From NCBI GenBank assembly GCA_000934665.2, contig KZ538220.1, positions 1 to 64,000 of the forward strand: a stretch of DNA of 64,000 nt, in the 5' to 3' direction. The position numbers and the translations under genes are program-made. Positions within the stretch are counted from its first letter, which is position 1. The number at the start of each line of letters is the position of its first letter. This document shows positions 12,484-26,600 of the stretch, one piece after another. Below the pieces are notes generated by a model that was not told the DNA's origin, did no database searches, and saw nothing but the letters and a program-made list of their open reading frames with translations. This DNA comes from Catajapyx aquilonaris. Lineage: Eukaryota.

Positions 12484-15400
12484 AGAATAGAACGATATGA
12501 GCTCGGAAAAGGGATTTTACGAGGGCAAGGTGAATGAGCTGAGCTGCAGCAGCAGCACCGGTCCAGGCTGTAAATCAAAGGCCCTTCTTTCTCTCCCAAC
12601 ACTTTATGTCCACTTTCACCTCTTTTATTCCTCCGCCCTCACAAAACGACGCACAATTTCAGACGCAGCTCCTCCCCACCTTCCACCAAACCCTTTTATT
12701 TATTTTTATTTTTTTTTAAGTTGACAAAAAATATTAGCGTTAAATTCTCGGAACAGCCTTTTAGCACGAGTTGAATTACATCTTCGTCGCATATACTGCT
12801 CAACAGAAACGAGTTACGTCTTTGCTCTAACGGATTACCTATAAATAGCTCGATAGTAAACTATATATGCATACAGGAAGGGAAGTGATCAATAAACGTC
12901 TTATTCATATGCCTTCCGCACTCCCATGAATACTAAAAAGGCGACCTTCATCGTGAAACTATCCTTGAAAATACATCAATTCCGGAAGTAAAACATGACA
13001 TTGATTCGAGGTCACTTTAAATAATGTAGCACTTGCATGCAATCACGCTGAGGTCATTTGTAGGCCATCAGTTTCCTGATCGGGTGTTTCAAAAATCAGC
13101 TACATTCACTGAGAGAAAAGAGAGTACATCCCTCAAAAAATAGTCAATACGGGTACCACTATGTATTCTCTTTTAACTGCCGAGTGAATAATTGCAGTTA
13201 ACCTTGATTGATGGCAACCTGAAAATCAGTCCAATAATTAGCTGGGTCAGTTTACTCCCAACGCACTCGTACAATGCTGAAATAAACCTGATTTCAAAGG
13301 CAGTATTTTACCCAGACATGCTCAAAAAAAATTATGATGCTATGACTTCCGCTTCATTATTCATCTGGCCAATAGCTGAAACTATCTTGATTCACGCCTA
13401 CATTGAGTAGCCTACTTCATATGGCCTTAAATCATCATGCACTCTTTATTCATACGGCTCTCTCTGTGTCCGGTCCTTTCCACAATACACCGCATAAGCG
13501 CTACTATTTATGACCCTATGTATACCAAAGCTTGCTCTTCATTCCCCGAAAAAAAAACTCTGGTCATAATGTATGCAACATTAATTCTGGACGCTTTTCT
13601 ACCCCTAGAGCCATTAAAACTGTGGAAATTATTTCATGAGAGTAATTGAACTCGAAAAATGGTAGTCCAGCAACATGTGGGTCCACTGCCCAGTGTACTT
13701 CTCCAAAGCCAAATTATACGGGTGCTGGTGGTACATGAAGTTACTCATAAACCGCAGGGTGCTCATAATTAAGGTCGTAAATGGTAGAAAATTTCAGGCC
13801 AGTTGTGCCGAATTCTTTTATGCAAAGGTGTTTTCAAAAAATTAGTTCCACTCCATATACACGTCGTGGTGACAATGCGGTGTTGTGGAAATGTTCGCAT
13901 GTCTAGGACACACTGCAGAAGCTGCATACAGGAGCAGGAAGATATATCACAGGCAAAGTTAAGGCTGTAAATCAGAGTTAGTGGACAGGAGGCAGACATG
14001 GCAAGATTCCATTGTTCCTGCTGCAGTATAGAGGGAAGTGTAAACGGGAAGCTTTTCTTTCCCTCATTTACTATTCCCCTGGCTGCAGAAGGATGTTGTT
14101 TTCCTGGAGGGAAAGCTTTACAATATTTCTCTCCCGTTCTTGTACAGAGCAAGCAGAGCGCAGAATGAAAGTGCCAACTTGGACATCAATCTTGTTTTCT
14201 TTGCTTCACATGTTCGGAAAATGGGCAAATCTTCCATCACTCTCTAGTGGCTGCTGTGCCACATTTTAGAGTAGGCTTAATACACATGGAGTATTTTTAA
14301 AACCCCCGCTTCATACTTAGAGTTAAGCGGATTTGCATTTTGCCATCCATAAAAGTAGACCTCGGCGGTTCAACACTAAACCGCGCAAAAAATTGTCCAG
14401 CGGGCATTTACAGCCTATTTATACCCCATTGAGGCTGCCATTTGTTTTAATGTGGGCCATTTCTCCGCCCATAAACCACTTGGGCATAAACCAGGGTGAT
14501 CATGTTTTCTACCGGAAAAAACTATACGGGCCGAAGTCGATATCGACGCAAAAAAAAATATGAAGCACAGATTAGGCAGATCTTAATCTACATCTGATAT
14601 TCGCATCAGCTAATAATTAGAGTTAAAATTCAATCTTTGTCCAACAAGTTCGCATGAATTTTTAACTGAAATTATTATCGGCATTCTGGAGATGTACCGT
14701 ACCTATAAAATGTTTGCATCGGTCATACAAAGTAGCCCTACCTGTAGGGTCAAACGCTGGCTGAACACTCGAACTGACCAGTGTACTTCGAACCACTTGC
14801 CACACATGCATCCTCGATACAAAGTCCGCAGTGCACAAACTCCGATAATTAAATTTAAATGCTTATATCTTCTGCCACGGAATTGGCGGCTTCGTGCTGA
14901 CCCATGCACGGAAAGCAAAGGCAGAAGTCACTCACCGTGTCCTGTATTTCCTCTCGATTCCCTCCGGACACGTCATCTCGGTGTATACAGTGCAAACTCG
15001 ACACATTTTGCGCATTATTCACGGCCGGACGAATCAGCCCGCGAATTATTTTTTTTTGCCGCCATTCTACCGGGCGTGTTCATAAACTGGCATAACAGGT
15101 GGGTGTGACAGTTTTTATGCGAATGTCGCTAATTATTTTTTGATAATAATGAACTTAAATATGTGCATGTTGATCTTTAAATGACATGTGCCCCGTTTTT
15201 ATAGCTAGATTAGCTCGTTTTAAGGGAACAATCAAGTACACGGTCAGAAACAGAACGCGCCCAATTTGGCGGCAAAACGAACCGGAACGTTCCTTAATCT
15301 GCACCAAGGAACAACCCGATCCCACTAATAACAAACACATTTAAAAGTGACCAACCCGGATTAAATTCACTCTCATTTTAATCAGCCCCACTGCAAGGTC

Positions 15401-15768
15401 TGCTTCTAATTATCAATCATCTTGAGCGTGGGCGGGAACACCAGCGTCGTCGTGTGTCCAGCGGCAAATCCCGGTACCGAGTTACATTCAACTTTCTCTC
15501 GACGAAACCAACTTCGAACGACGTGCATTCGACACTGGACCGAATTGTCGGAGACTGTGGCACGCTCAGGTTTAATGCGAGCGTAATTGTCTGACGGAGG
15601 ACGACGCTCCTTTGCCTTTTTTTTAATCTTCCTTTTAAAAAACCATTTCTGAGAATCCTGCCTGTGTGATGACTATTTTTGGAGTCCTTTAATGAGATTT
15701 ATTTCCGCTCCTGGGCGACACCCCGTCGTTCCATTGAGGGACACAAAAAGGGAAGGAGACGGGAAGAC

Positions 15769-18700
15769 ATGGACGCCCTGGACGAGTTTATTCACAACCA
15801 GAAGAGGAGGATCGGAATGGACAAGCAGCACTTGACTAAATCCGTAAGGGTTTGTTCCGCTTGCGAGAGGAATGATTGGTATTGCACTGATTAATTGTAC
15901 TGAGGCTTTGGATAATTAATGGGGGGAAAGAACTGCAATGTGAGTGTCGCATGTACTTTGGCATGTGTCCAGGGATGCTTGCCGTTTGATTGCAATTAAT
16001 TGCGGGAAACAACATGATTGACATCACTGTAATTTTAACCTGCAGCATTCATTGATATCTATCTCATCAGGTCATACAATTGCGGAATTCCATGAAAAGT
16101 TGATAAATAGCTATTGGTCATCATAATCATATTTAACATCTCTCCCATCAGGTCACACACACTCTAAATTCCATGATGAATAACAATAGTAATAATAATT
16201 ATAAGCAAATAGCCTGTCCTGTCGGCAATCTGTTGTAACCCCCTCCCCACCCAATTATCTGCGATTACCTGACCAGGCTTCAGATTATTATTATTATTTT
16301 TAAATGTATGTGGTCATACGAGGATATTAAGGACCTCATCCTCAATATCCGCTGGCAACCCCATATCTGTTTGGGAAACACCGTGAAGATGATGATGATG
16401 ATAAGTAAATAAGAAATAACACTGGCTACTTCATTTTTAAAAAATGTAAACAATGATGTATGCAATTAATTACTATACAGTACATATTTCCATTAATATT
16501 CAAATTGCTGCATGTAAACAAGTGTGAAAGAAATGCCTGGCATCAATATTGATAATACTGGTCCCTATTATGTTATAATTAGTAATGGTGTTTACTTACT
16601 ATTGATTATTGTTTTCAGCTATTATTCAAAAGAAGGAAATAATTGACCAGGCTGGGGTGTGATATACTTCTAATTAATTAAAATCGCAGCTGCCAGCAAT
16701 AGGTGCTTGTTTGTAAGAAATAATTGCACATTGTCAGTGTCAGTCTGCCATTAAACCTTAATTATGTCACCTGCTGAAAGGCTCTGGCACAATTTTTGCC
16801 CTACTTGTGCCAACAAAAATCAAGTATTTCGGAAGTAAATGACACGCGTAAATCAGATGGGACCGTCTGGGGTTAAGGGTCGTGACTTGCGTGGCTTAAT
16901 GAGCAGATCGCATGCAAGCAATAAACTTGGGAAAGGAGGGTAAGGCCAAATATTGATCCCTCAGGATTGCCAGAAAAAAGGGGGTCGAGAGTGGGTGGGG
17001 GGGGGGGGGTGTTATTAAATGGGAGTAGGGGCCAAGGGGTGTGGGGGGTGGGGAAATTTCCTTTGCATGTCAAGCAAGAAACGCAAGCGATTCCAAAATC
17101 ACAGCGTCTCTGGTCGCTGCCTGATACGCCAAGGACTTGTGCATTTTCCTCCCCCTGTTTCTCACTAATTGTTTTTCATGCAGCTTTTTCAAGGACAATT
17201 TAATATTTGGTAAGTGTCAATTGATATTAACACTCACATTTCTCTGCACAGCTCTAAATAGCATAACCATGAAAACGGCACGTTGGGCAAAACATAATCA
17301 CTTGGCATTTTGTTAAATTTTCTCATTAGTATTCTAAGTGGCCAATATTTCATCAAAATCAGCAGTGGATTCCGTCATTGATTATGGCTCATACCCTCGT
17401 AAAACTACCTGTCAATCGACACCTCGCTCCGCCAAGGCCGCCCAGATGACCTATTACTATTGGGTGATTTGTAATACTTTCTTGCTAGTTATTGTTTTCC
17501 ACTAGCTCTTTCTGTAGGCAAGTATTTTGCGTAGTTGGTAATAGAAGTTATTTCATATCACATAAGAATACAGAACTTTCAATAACAAAATCAGTACTGA
17601 CTGTGGGCTATAAGAAAAACTTATCTTATAATTGGATTGGAGGCAATTTTCTCATTTGACTTCACATGCTTTGTAAACAGTAGGTAAACAGTCCCAAGCA
17701 TAAAGTTGGAGATGGCAGGGTGCTCTGCCAGTCTACGCCATTATGGTAATAAATACACACACCTAAAGCAGCTAACTTGGCCCAAAAAGAGTCCCATTAA
17801 TTTGAATCGGATAAAGGAAGGTCAGAGAAGTCCCGCAGGGTCTCCAACTTGATGCTCAGGGCTGTACATCACACACAGTACTTTGAATTATATTATGAAA
17901 GTTTTATTAAGAAGGGTAACATGTTACTGAAAGGAACAAAAGTAGCTATTGGTGGAGCACAAAAAAAAAAAATGCAAAAATGGCTTATTTGTGCCTCAAT
18001 GTAGTCTAACAAAGTCATCTTGTTTAATTGTGCAAGGGCTACTTTTTAAAAAATTGGTTTACTTTTTGCTACTGAAGCTTGGCAATCGGAAGGAATAGGG
18101 TGTGATGCCTGCTCTGTAATTGAATTTAGCTTGAGTAAATCTGATTTATGTGCCTTAACTCTGCTCTCAGGCTGATTCAAGTCAAGAAGTTAGTTGCTAG
18201 AGTATAAACCACCTGTCTTGAAAGAATAAAGGTACCGTACCTAATTATTGCAGAGTAACATTCAAAACTGATGCAATGAATGAACAAAGTTAAAATTTCA
18301 TTTAGCCTGAATTGCACCATTGCATTGGTTCGGGTTTTAAGGTGCATTGTTGCCAACATTGCAATTATAAATCTATTATGTGATATCTACCTATTATGAT
18401 TGTGATATGGCCAGGTTGCATTGCTTGCATTATGTCCTGAAACAGAAAAATATTGTTTATTATACCTACTGCAAACAGTTCAACCAGGCTTTAGCGTTAA
18501 GGGGAAATAACCCCGAATTTTTTAATTCCCTTCTGCTGAATAGGGGATAAGGATTCCCGATGAACCACTTTTTTAAAAATGACATGGAAACTACATGTTT
18601 TTGTCATAGAAGTTATGTAGGAGAGTAGGGGAGACCGGGGCACGATGGCACAGTCAAATTTTTGAAGAGGCTATTAGGTTCACGGGCATGATGCTTATGT

Positions 18701-21700
18701 GGTAGGTGCAGATAGACAGGCTCCACATTATGAGTACATCCTATTTTTTTAGTTTAATTGCAAAAGACTGTCGAAGGCAGTACCATTTTTTTGGTTTTTG
18801 ACCATTTGAGTAAATTTCCATTTTCCATGGGGTTTTCTTTTTTCTTCCGACGGAAGTGCTAGATGACCCAGCCAAATAATGCGTTTGCAAGGGAGAATAT
18901 CTGCCTACAAAATGACAGCATACATGGCCATTTAATATTTGTCACGCAAGAGTAGGAGGACTCGAAAGGTTTTAAAAATGCTTACGAGGCACGATGGCAC
19001 ATTTTGCTTGGGGCACGGTGGCACATGTCCCTACCAACCTTGGCGGTCCATGGCGTCTATGGCAGACAATGGCAGCCTCTACTCCCTCTCCCCTGTCACT
19101 TATGCGGGGCCCATGCACTTTCCCCAGTTTCCGGCGACTTATTTCTCCTTATTAGCTGGAGGACACGCTATGGTACCCTCCAGGCAAAATGTTCTGAATA
19201 TATTCGTAACATCTTTGTAATCTCGTGTAACTGCATGGATATGAATCGATAATGTGTTTGGAAGTGATTTTCATATTATTTCATTAGCCCTACCTTAGCC
19301 TTATATTACTGTGCCATTGTGCCCCGGGCACGGGGCATGATGGCACACGTGCAGAGACTTTTAAAATTATTTCTAGTGGATAGCATATCTAAAATGCAAC
19401 CACACAACAATATCACATATATTCTCAAATGTTTAAAGCATTTTTCAGTATAAAAACTACAGTGAATAAGTCTTAACTGGCCACAGAAAAAAATGAAATG
19501 TAAAAAGTGTGCCATCTAGCCCCGGTTTCCCCTACTGGTTGTTATTAGTAACAAATTTTTCTAACTAGCATGGAGTAAAATAGTTCTGGGTTAGCGCAAT
19601 TCATGCTATGTTAATTGCAATGTGTTCCCTCATGCAGCTTCCGGAAGTATCAGAGTGGCGGACAGAACAATCACGTGGGGAAGGTGAAGAGGAGCACGCC
19701 AACCGCTCCCTTCAACACCAACAGCATCTAAGCAAGTCAATCAAACAGCCTCTACTTGGAGAGGAACCACGGGCAAATCAACACCAAGGGTATCGAAACA
19801 AGTCACTCAGACCCCCTGTGTTTGAAAGGGAACCGCCAGCCAATCAACACCAAGAGTATCGAAACCAGTTAGTCAGACCTCCTGCGTTTGAATGGGAACC
19901 ACCAGTTAATCAGCACCAAAAGTATCAAAATAATTCAGATAAACATCCTGCATCTGAAAGGAAACCACCAGCAAATTGTGGTACTGGATTCATCCTTGGG
20001 GAGGACGGTGATTGGGCCAAACAAGAACAAAGACACAGGCAGTTCAACGAAGATCGTAAGAGAGAATATCAGGTATATCTTAGAGCCCAAGAGGAAAAGA
20101 GAGCACAGTTAGCTTGGGAGCGACGGAACCAGTGCAGGAGGCAGCAGGAACCAAACCCGATTGTGACAGTGGAGCCAAACAATGAGCCAGAAATGGTGCG
20201 CATTGGGGAGTACTCACCAAATAACTTCAGGCAATTTGAACCACTCTACGAGTATGGTGGGGATGTCTTTGCTGGGATGGGTGCATATGAGGAACAAAAG
20301 CGGCTGCTATGCCTTCAGAGGCAATTGGAGAAGCAGCAGCAGCAGCAGCAACTGCAACAGATGCAGCCGCAGCAACAACAGCAGCAGCAGCAACCGCCAG
20401 TTGCTAATAGGATTGATTATGACGAGCTGCTTCGGCGAAGAAAGGAGCAGGAGGATATGTATAGGGCAGAGGCAGACCCAACGGCCATGCTGAACTACCA
20501 TCAACCAGACATGCCAAAGGAACAAGACTGGAGCCAGCTGCAGCAGTCCCAACAGTGGGGCACACAACCAGCTGCATCTCAGCAAAGCACACAACCAGCT
20601 GTGTCTCAGCAAAGCACACAACAGCAGATGCATTACCTCCAGTCTATGCCTGGGATGTTCCGACTGCGACCACCAGTTGAGTACAGCGCAACTGGGATAC
20701 CTTTGCCTCGAGGTTAGTGTTTTATGGTCACTTAATTCACATCTAGAATAGCATACTTAATTTAGATTTTCATTTCAACTCCCAAATCCAACCCTTTATC
20801 CAATGAATTTATTTGGATGTTTACATACAGCTGGGAGGAGAGGTGGAAATGGTGAGTTGCAATTCCTGACCTAACCTGTTATCTACTTCTTGAGATAACC
20901 TGGTGTCATCCCAAGCAAATGCAACTCAAGACATGCAAGGGTGTGCTCATTACCTGCCTTGCTTCAATTACAAATATTCGTTAAGTCATACACAACTTGA
21001 AGCATGCATCTTACACACAGCCTCAAATCATGTTGATTATTGGTCAGGCCATAAAGGTATGTTCCGAAGCTCATGAGAATCAGTCAATATCATAGTCGTA
21101 GATATTAAAGGAGGGCCTTGATATCTATGGTCATGGTGAAAGAGTGAGGGAGAAGCCAATTCTTAAACCCCATTCATCCGTTGACTCTAAAAAGTCTCCA
21201 ATTCATGTCAAGACTAAAGTTATCATGAGATTGGGAACACAGCTTTACCTGGCTTTATTGAAGATTCCCCTAAATCGACCGTCTCAATCAGAGAATACTG
21301 CATTCAACATTGCTAGGCCCACAACTTGAGCCTGTGAGCAGGATTAATTAGGTGTAGTGGACCACTGCCACCAGCAAGTATCATGATGAACCAAGGCAGC
21401 AATTCCTCCTGAGTCCTAGACATAAATACGTATATTCCATTCCACGCTTTATTCTAGACTGACTTCACGTAACTATGTACACGGTTGTTGCTACAAAAAC
21501 CAACAAGGTGGCCAGACGGGCCACTACATAGGTTAACATGCACTTGTATCATTAAACTTGTACTAGCTCATAATCAACAAGAACGTTCAAAATTGACTGA
21601 AAGTATATTTGTTTACATCACCATAGAAAATGCAACAAAAGGAAAGCATCTTTCTGGAAATGTTCTCTAGTTGTTTACAAATGAAACTCTCTCATTTGAC

Positions 21701-24700
21701 TGCATTCATTCGTCACAGACAGGTATTGTAGGTCAATTCTCTTTATTTTTTTAAGTGTAGCCCAGCATAAACACTCCATTCATTTATTCCAGTTCAAGCT
21801 CTATTGTGCACTCCCATGTCGCATTAGAGAGTGCAAGACCAGTGTGAGGGACGCAAGGCTTTCTTACACCACTTACACTATCACATCATTACACTAAATT
21901 CTGACATTACTACACTGGCCAATAAATGAATAGACCTACTACTTTAAGTAGGGATTATATTGTCAGCCAAATTTTAAATATTGGGCCTTTACCGAAGGCT
22001 TTGCTTACTTGTTATGCTAAATGAAATTGCTTAAATTGTTGATCTTGTAAGTCAAAGTTAATCACCCCTTAAGTCTACCAGCATTGCTATTTCACTTGCC
22101 TCTACACCACTCATGTTTTGCATGCTGATATCTTACTCTAATGGCATGTTATGTCAGCATTTTTCACCCTGTATGATGCTCTAGTTTCATGTATGTGTCA
22201 CATGATGATGTGGGACTTGCTATGACTATGAATTTCTCAGCTCCAAGCCTAAGCGTGGAGGAGAAGTGTCGTCGGCAAGAAGCTTACAGGTTCGACCTAC
22301 AAACCCAGATGAAAGAACAGGAGGCGCGGAAAAAAAAAGAACGGGAGTTGGACATGGAGGTGGACGTAGGGGCCGGACCTAGAGCTGGACTGACCATCTT
22401 GGGTACAACTCGTACGGAGGCACCACAAGTGATGGCACCACAAGTGATGATGGAGCAACCAAGGGAGAAACCAGCAAATGGCACGCCAGGAGGAGTGTAC
22501 ACACCCAGTTTCATAGGGGATGGAGGAGGAAGACGGGCAGGTGCTACACCTCAAATGGGAGGCTTGGCTACAGCAACAAACCAGTCTCCTGCCACAACTT
22601 CAAGGTTGCCTCGTTTCAATGTGTGCCTGGTAAGAATACTATCACAGGCCACATGCTGTTGTCAATTATTATTTCTTCATTACTCTCTGCCTACCAGTAC
22701 ATGTAGCGGCTGATTTTGCGGTTACATTGTATCTTGTCATATAGAGTTGAATTTTTGTTTTGTAGAGAGCAGAGGAGTTGCCTGACCCGCGTGTGGAACA
22801 GGAAAGGATTCATGAAGAGCTGCGTGAGCAGATTGAGGAAAAGAAGCGTCTGGAGGCGAAGAAACGCGAACAGGAGCGAGAAGAGGAAGAAAAAATTCAA
22901 GCGAGAGTGCAGGAGGAACAGGAGAAGCTCAAGGCTGAATACCAAGCTGAGCAGGAACGAAGGCGACGGAAGGAGGAAGAAAAGCAGCGGACACTAGATG
23001 CAGTTTGGAGCATGCAGCAACATCTCCAGAAACAGGCTGTGCAGAGGAAGCAGGAGGAGATGCAAAGGAAGAGGGAACAGTCTGGTGGGATCAGGAAGGA
23101 GGAGCTATCCCTGCCAGCCCCACCCACTGGTTCACGGAGTCCTGTGGGATCACCTCAGCAAATTTCCATCCAGAACTCTCCGAGACTCTCAGAGAGAGAA
23201 GTTTCTTGCCAGAATCTCTCGCCTCGACCAAATCATCCTGTGGTCCCACCCTTAGCACTACCTCCAGAGCCACTCACACCTCGCTTCTACCAGACACCCC
23301 AGCCCACACCCCGCATAATCCAGACATCCCAATCCACACCTCATATGATCCAGACATCCCAATCCACACCTCGTATGATCCAGACATCCCAGCCCACATC
23401 CCAAATGATCCAGTCATTCCAACCCACCCCCCAAATGACGCAGTCATTCCAACCCACCCCCCAAATGATGCAGTCATTCCAACCCACACCTCAGATGACC
23501 CAGACATCCCAGCCCACATCCCAAATGACCCAGCCATTCCAGCTCACACCAGTATCAATCCCGCATCCTCCAAAACAAGGGTCTCCACCACTTCCAGCAC
23601 TTCAAATTGCCTCCGAACTAGGCATTCCGCCTCCCATGGCCCCCACGTATGTCACTCCTCGTCCCTCCCCTACAATTAACAACCAAGCTCCTGCGCCAGC
23701 ACCAGACCCTGTTCCTCCTCCTCCACCTCTTGCAGCCCTAACCCAAATTTCACCCCCAACTAATCCAGCCGTACTCAACAAACTTGGTCTGATGAGGCAC
23801 CACCTCTTGCTTATGGAGGAGCAGATGAGAAGATCCAAAGTACGTATGTTTTTGATTCATGATTCTTCTGGGATTGTGAAAGTAATTTAGTTACATCTAA
23901 CACGAGACATTCTGCAGCAAGTAGAGTATTACTTGCCTCAAGGCATGTTTGTTTCTTCCATCAGGAGTAATGTAAAATGGTATCATTTGCTCTCCTTTAC
24001 TCCTTCAACCATACAGCTCTTGATCTTTCAGTGCTTTTATAGTATGAATACACATCCACTAAATAAGTATTTTCTTTTAAAATAATCGATTATTTTCATG
24101 CCTAGCGTTCAAAATAACATTGCAGTAGTTTCACGTACTAGTAATATTGGATGCACAAGTTTTCAATCGATTTGAATGGGGATAAGGGAAGATTTGACAA
24201 TGTTGCTCCTAGGCAAGCTCTTAGCAAAATCAAAATGGCCTTTAAGAATGCCCAAGAGATGTTATAATCACTACCTGCATAACTCCATAATTGCAGGAAA
24301 TTTAGTATATCCATGTGGTGACAAGCTTTGTTCAACAGCAATAAAAAGGACTCGTCCTGAAGCTAGAGCCAAGACATTGGCATGACCTCCATCCATATCC
24401 TGTGAAGAACCAGATTTCAATCTTGAACCAAATCTCGACATGTGATTCTTATTCCACGTAGTTAATCCCTCGCAAGTGTCTCAATCTAGTGGAGCAAGTT
24501 CACGTTCACATTTTAAAAACAGATCTTGGTTCTGGTCTCCCTGTGTCCACTCCTTCACCCATGACAGGTATTCACTGCAATTCCCTCCTGCCCGAGAGTT
24601 GGATTCTCGTGGACTCTTTAAGAGTTGGGACAAACAGGCTCATGATCCTCTCCTATTTTCAACATTGACAGATCAGGCAAAAAGTGACATTTTGCCAGCA

Positions 24701-24861
24701 GCATGCAAAGTCCATGAAAATCCAACTCAAGAGTGGTACAGCACCATGCTGCCAGTAAAATACCTCAAAATGATTCATTTGTGTTGTAACTGACTTATGC
24801 CCATTCTTTTCAGGATGGTGTCATCATGAGTCCAAGAGCTATCCTTCATCCGAATATCTGA
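15769..24861 (+). CDS. CSPP1: Centrosome and spindle pole-associated protein 1-like (about 893 aa)
   Basis: Phase-consistent exons 15769-15843, 19638-20712, 20831-20851, 22241-22629, 22766-23839 and tentatively 24814-24861. The N-terminus MDALDEFIHNQKRRIGMDK resembles CSPP1 [20 protein letters not shown]. Coiled-coil blocks EDRKREYQVYL, QEAYRFDLQTQMKEQEARKKKERE, EELREQIEEKKR and VLNKLGLMRHHL occur in CSPP1 order. AATAAA near 25020. Confidence 0.75.
18628..19532. mobile_element. Non-autonomous TA-target TIR element (Tc1/mariner/pogo-type) in CSPP1 intron 1
   Basis: TA|GGGGAGACCGGGGCACGATGGCACA ... TGTGCCATCTAGCCCCGGTTTCCCC|TA. The GGCACGATGGCACA motif recurs internally near 18988, 19011, 19311 (inverted) and 19334. 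Confidence 0.85.
19745..19980 (+). repeat. Coding 60-bp (20 aa) tandem repeat in CSPP1
   Basis: About four units of PP(V/A)FE(R/W)EPPANQHQ(G/E/K)YRN in ORF 19608-20717. Confidence 0.8.
20333..20398 (+). repeat. CAG/CAA polyglutamine tract in CSPP1
   Basis: Encodes QQQQQQLQQMQPQQQQQQQQPP. Confidence 0.9.
23291..23550 (+). repeat. Coding 30-bp (10 aa) minisatellite in CSPP1
   Basis: About 8.5 units of Q(T/S)(S/F)Q(P/S)TP(Q/R)M(I/T), DNA unit CAGACATCCCAATCCACACCTCATATGATC and variants. Confidence 0.9.
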
Positions 24862-26087
24862 CAAGATGGATCCTACTTTCACACTGATGGTATGCTACTC
24901 AAGTCAACTGCTTCTAAATAATGTGACCCCATCAAGATGCAATAAGACCGGGGCTGAAAGTGCATTTATGTGACACTATCCTGCATTTGGTCTCTTGATT
25001 TACCTTTTGTCATTTTGAAAATAAACATTTTAAAATGTCAGATTTTAACTCATAAAATAAGGATGTTAACTGAAAATCCACAACTTCTTGTGCATAATTT
25101 CAATGATCCTGTTCCCACTCTTACGCCCGCCTCTGGCATCCCAGCCCTCCGCAACTGCTTATTCCGTGGTTTAATTACCCTGTATTGATCTACTCATGTT
25201 CCAAATAATCATGGCATATGGCCAAATCTCAGGCCTAGCGGCCAATAGGTTTTTTGCTTTGTCCATTGCATGCCCAGCTCTTAAATTTTCCTCGGCAGTA
25301 ATTATCCTTAAAATGTCCAAGGGTTCACTCCTTCAAGTGTAAATCTAATTACACGAGAGGCCAACCACCTCAATTTTCTACACTGCTAATCAGTGTCCAA
25401 ATTAAGACTGGAGTGCATGAATGGTACAAAACCACCAAGTAGTTCATTGTAAATATTGTTTCGAGTCCAGTCCCTTACTTACATGAGTAGATCACTCCGC
25501 AATGTCAGATTTTGTGCTTTACAGAACATTTTAATTACATCCAGTGGAGTGCAAGGTGCAGTACAAGTGAATTTCTGATTCATCGAACACCAGAAGAGCT
25601 AATCATCTGGTTTTGACACAGGTTATTGTACAGTACACACCTACTTGTAGCACTCATGAAAATAAGTGGACTGCAAGGATGAGGAATGGGTGAACAACAA
25701 TGCACCATCAAAAAAATCGCAATTATATGGGGGAAGATACTTTATTCTCCCAACATATGAACTGTACAAAGTGAAATTTTCAATTTTATAATATTCTAGA
25801 TTTAGTCTAGGCAGAACATGCTTTATGATGACCGTACTTCACTGGAAAAGTAATAAAAACACAATACTGAATGTGGCCAGTCAAAATACATGAAAATTAC
25901 TTCCAGCCTGTTGCTTGGAGGCTCAATTGTATGAATGCAAATTAGGTGTGTGGAAATAGAAAATGCAATCCACACAAAAAAAAATGTTCTGTCTGATCCA
26001 GGGACTAAACACAGCACCCCCAAGGTGCAAGGCTATGCTGCTAACTACACCACTATCATGTTGTAGGTGTTCAGAATTCGCAAACAG

Positions 26088-26310
26088 AGGGAGCGACGTA
26101 TGGTGGGGTAGTGGCTAACGTCACAGCCTTCCACTTCAGAGGTCCCATGTTCAATCCCCTGATCAGGGAGAGGGCACTTTTCATGTGGAAATAGTTTTGG
26201 GAGGTTATCTCTATGTGCTTGTAGGTTTTCTAGGGGTTCTCCCATTTCCTTCCAGTCCAAAAATATCTCTTCCCTTCTCATCCTCACCTATGCCAGATAG
26301 CCTTAGTTGC
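26088..26310 (+). mobile_element. tRNA-derived SINE with V-domain-like core (diverged)
   Basis: A box TGGGGTAGTGG, B box TGTTCAATCC, then GGTTTTCTAGGGGTTCTCCCATTTCC. Same family as 37896-38180. Confidence 0.7.
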
Positions 26311-26332
26311 TTTGGCTCCTCCAACCAACCAG

Positions 26333-26600
26333 AGGGGAGGTGGAGTGGCTCTGCGGTAACGTATGTGCCCACGGACAGAAAGGTCCCAAGTTTGATCTCA
26401 AGCCCAGGCTTTCCACCCCCTTCATCGCATGCAGGACTGGGTCATCTCTGGCTCCATCTTGGGTGAAACTCCTTGAAACAAACCACCCTGCTTATAATAC
26501 TCAGGTCTGGACACTCCCTCCCCTTTCGCAGGAGCTTACCTGCTCCCACCCTTACATAGGTGGGTTACCAATTAGGCACTGGTGCATTGACAGAAAATAG
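26333..26600 (+). mobile_element. Second, degenerate tRNA-derived SINE
   Basis: A-box-like TGGCTCTGCGGT and B-box-like AGTTTGATCT with tRNA-like spacing. The 3' boundary is uncertain. Confidence 0.4.

Noticed and set aside
23005..23679. 224-aa overlapping ORF in CSPP1
   Set aside because: Alternative frame kept open by the 30-bp minisatellite.
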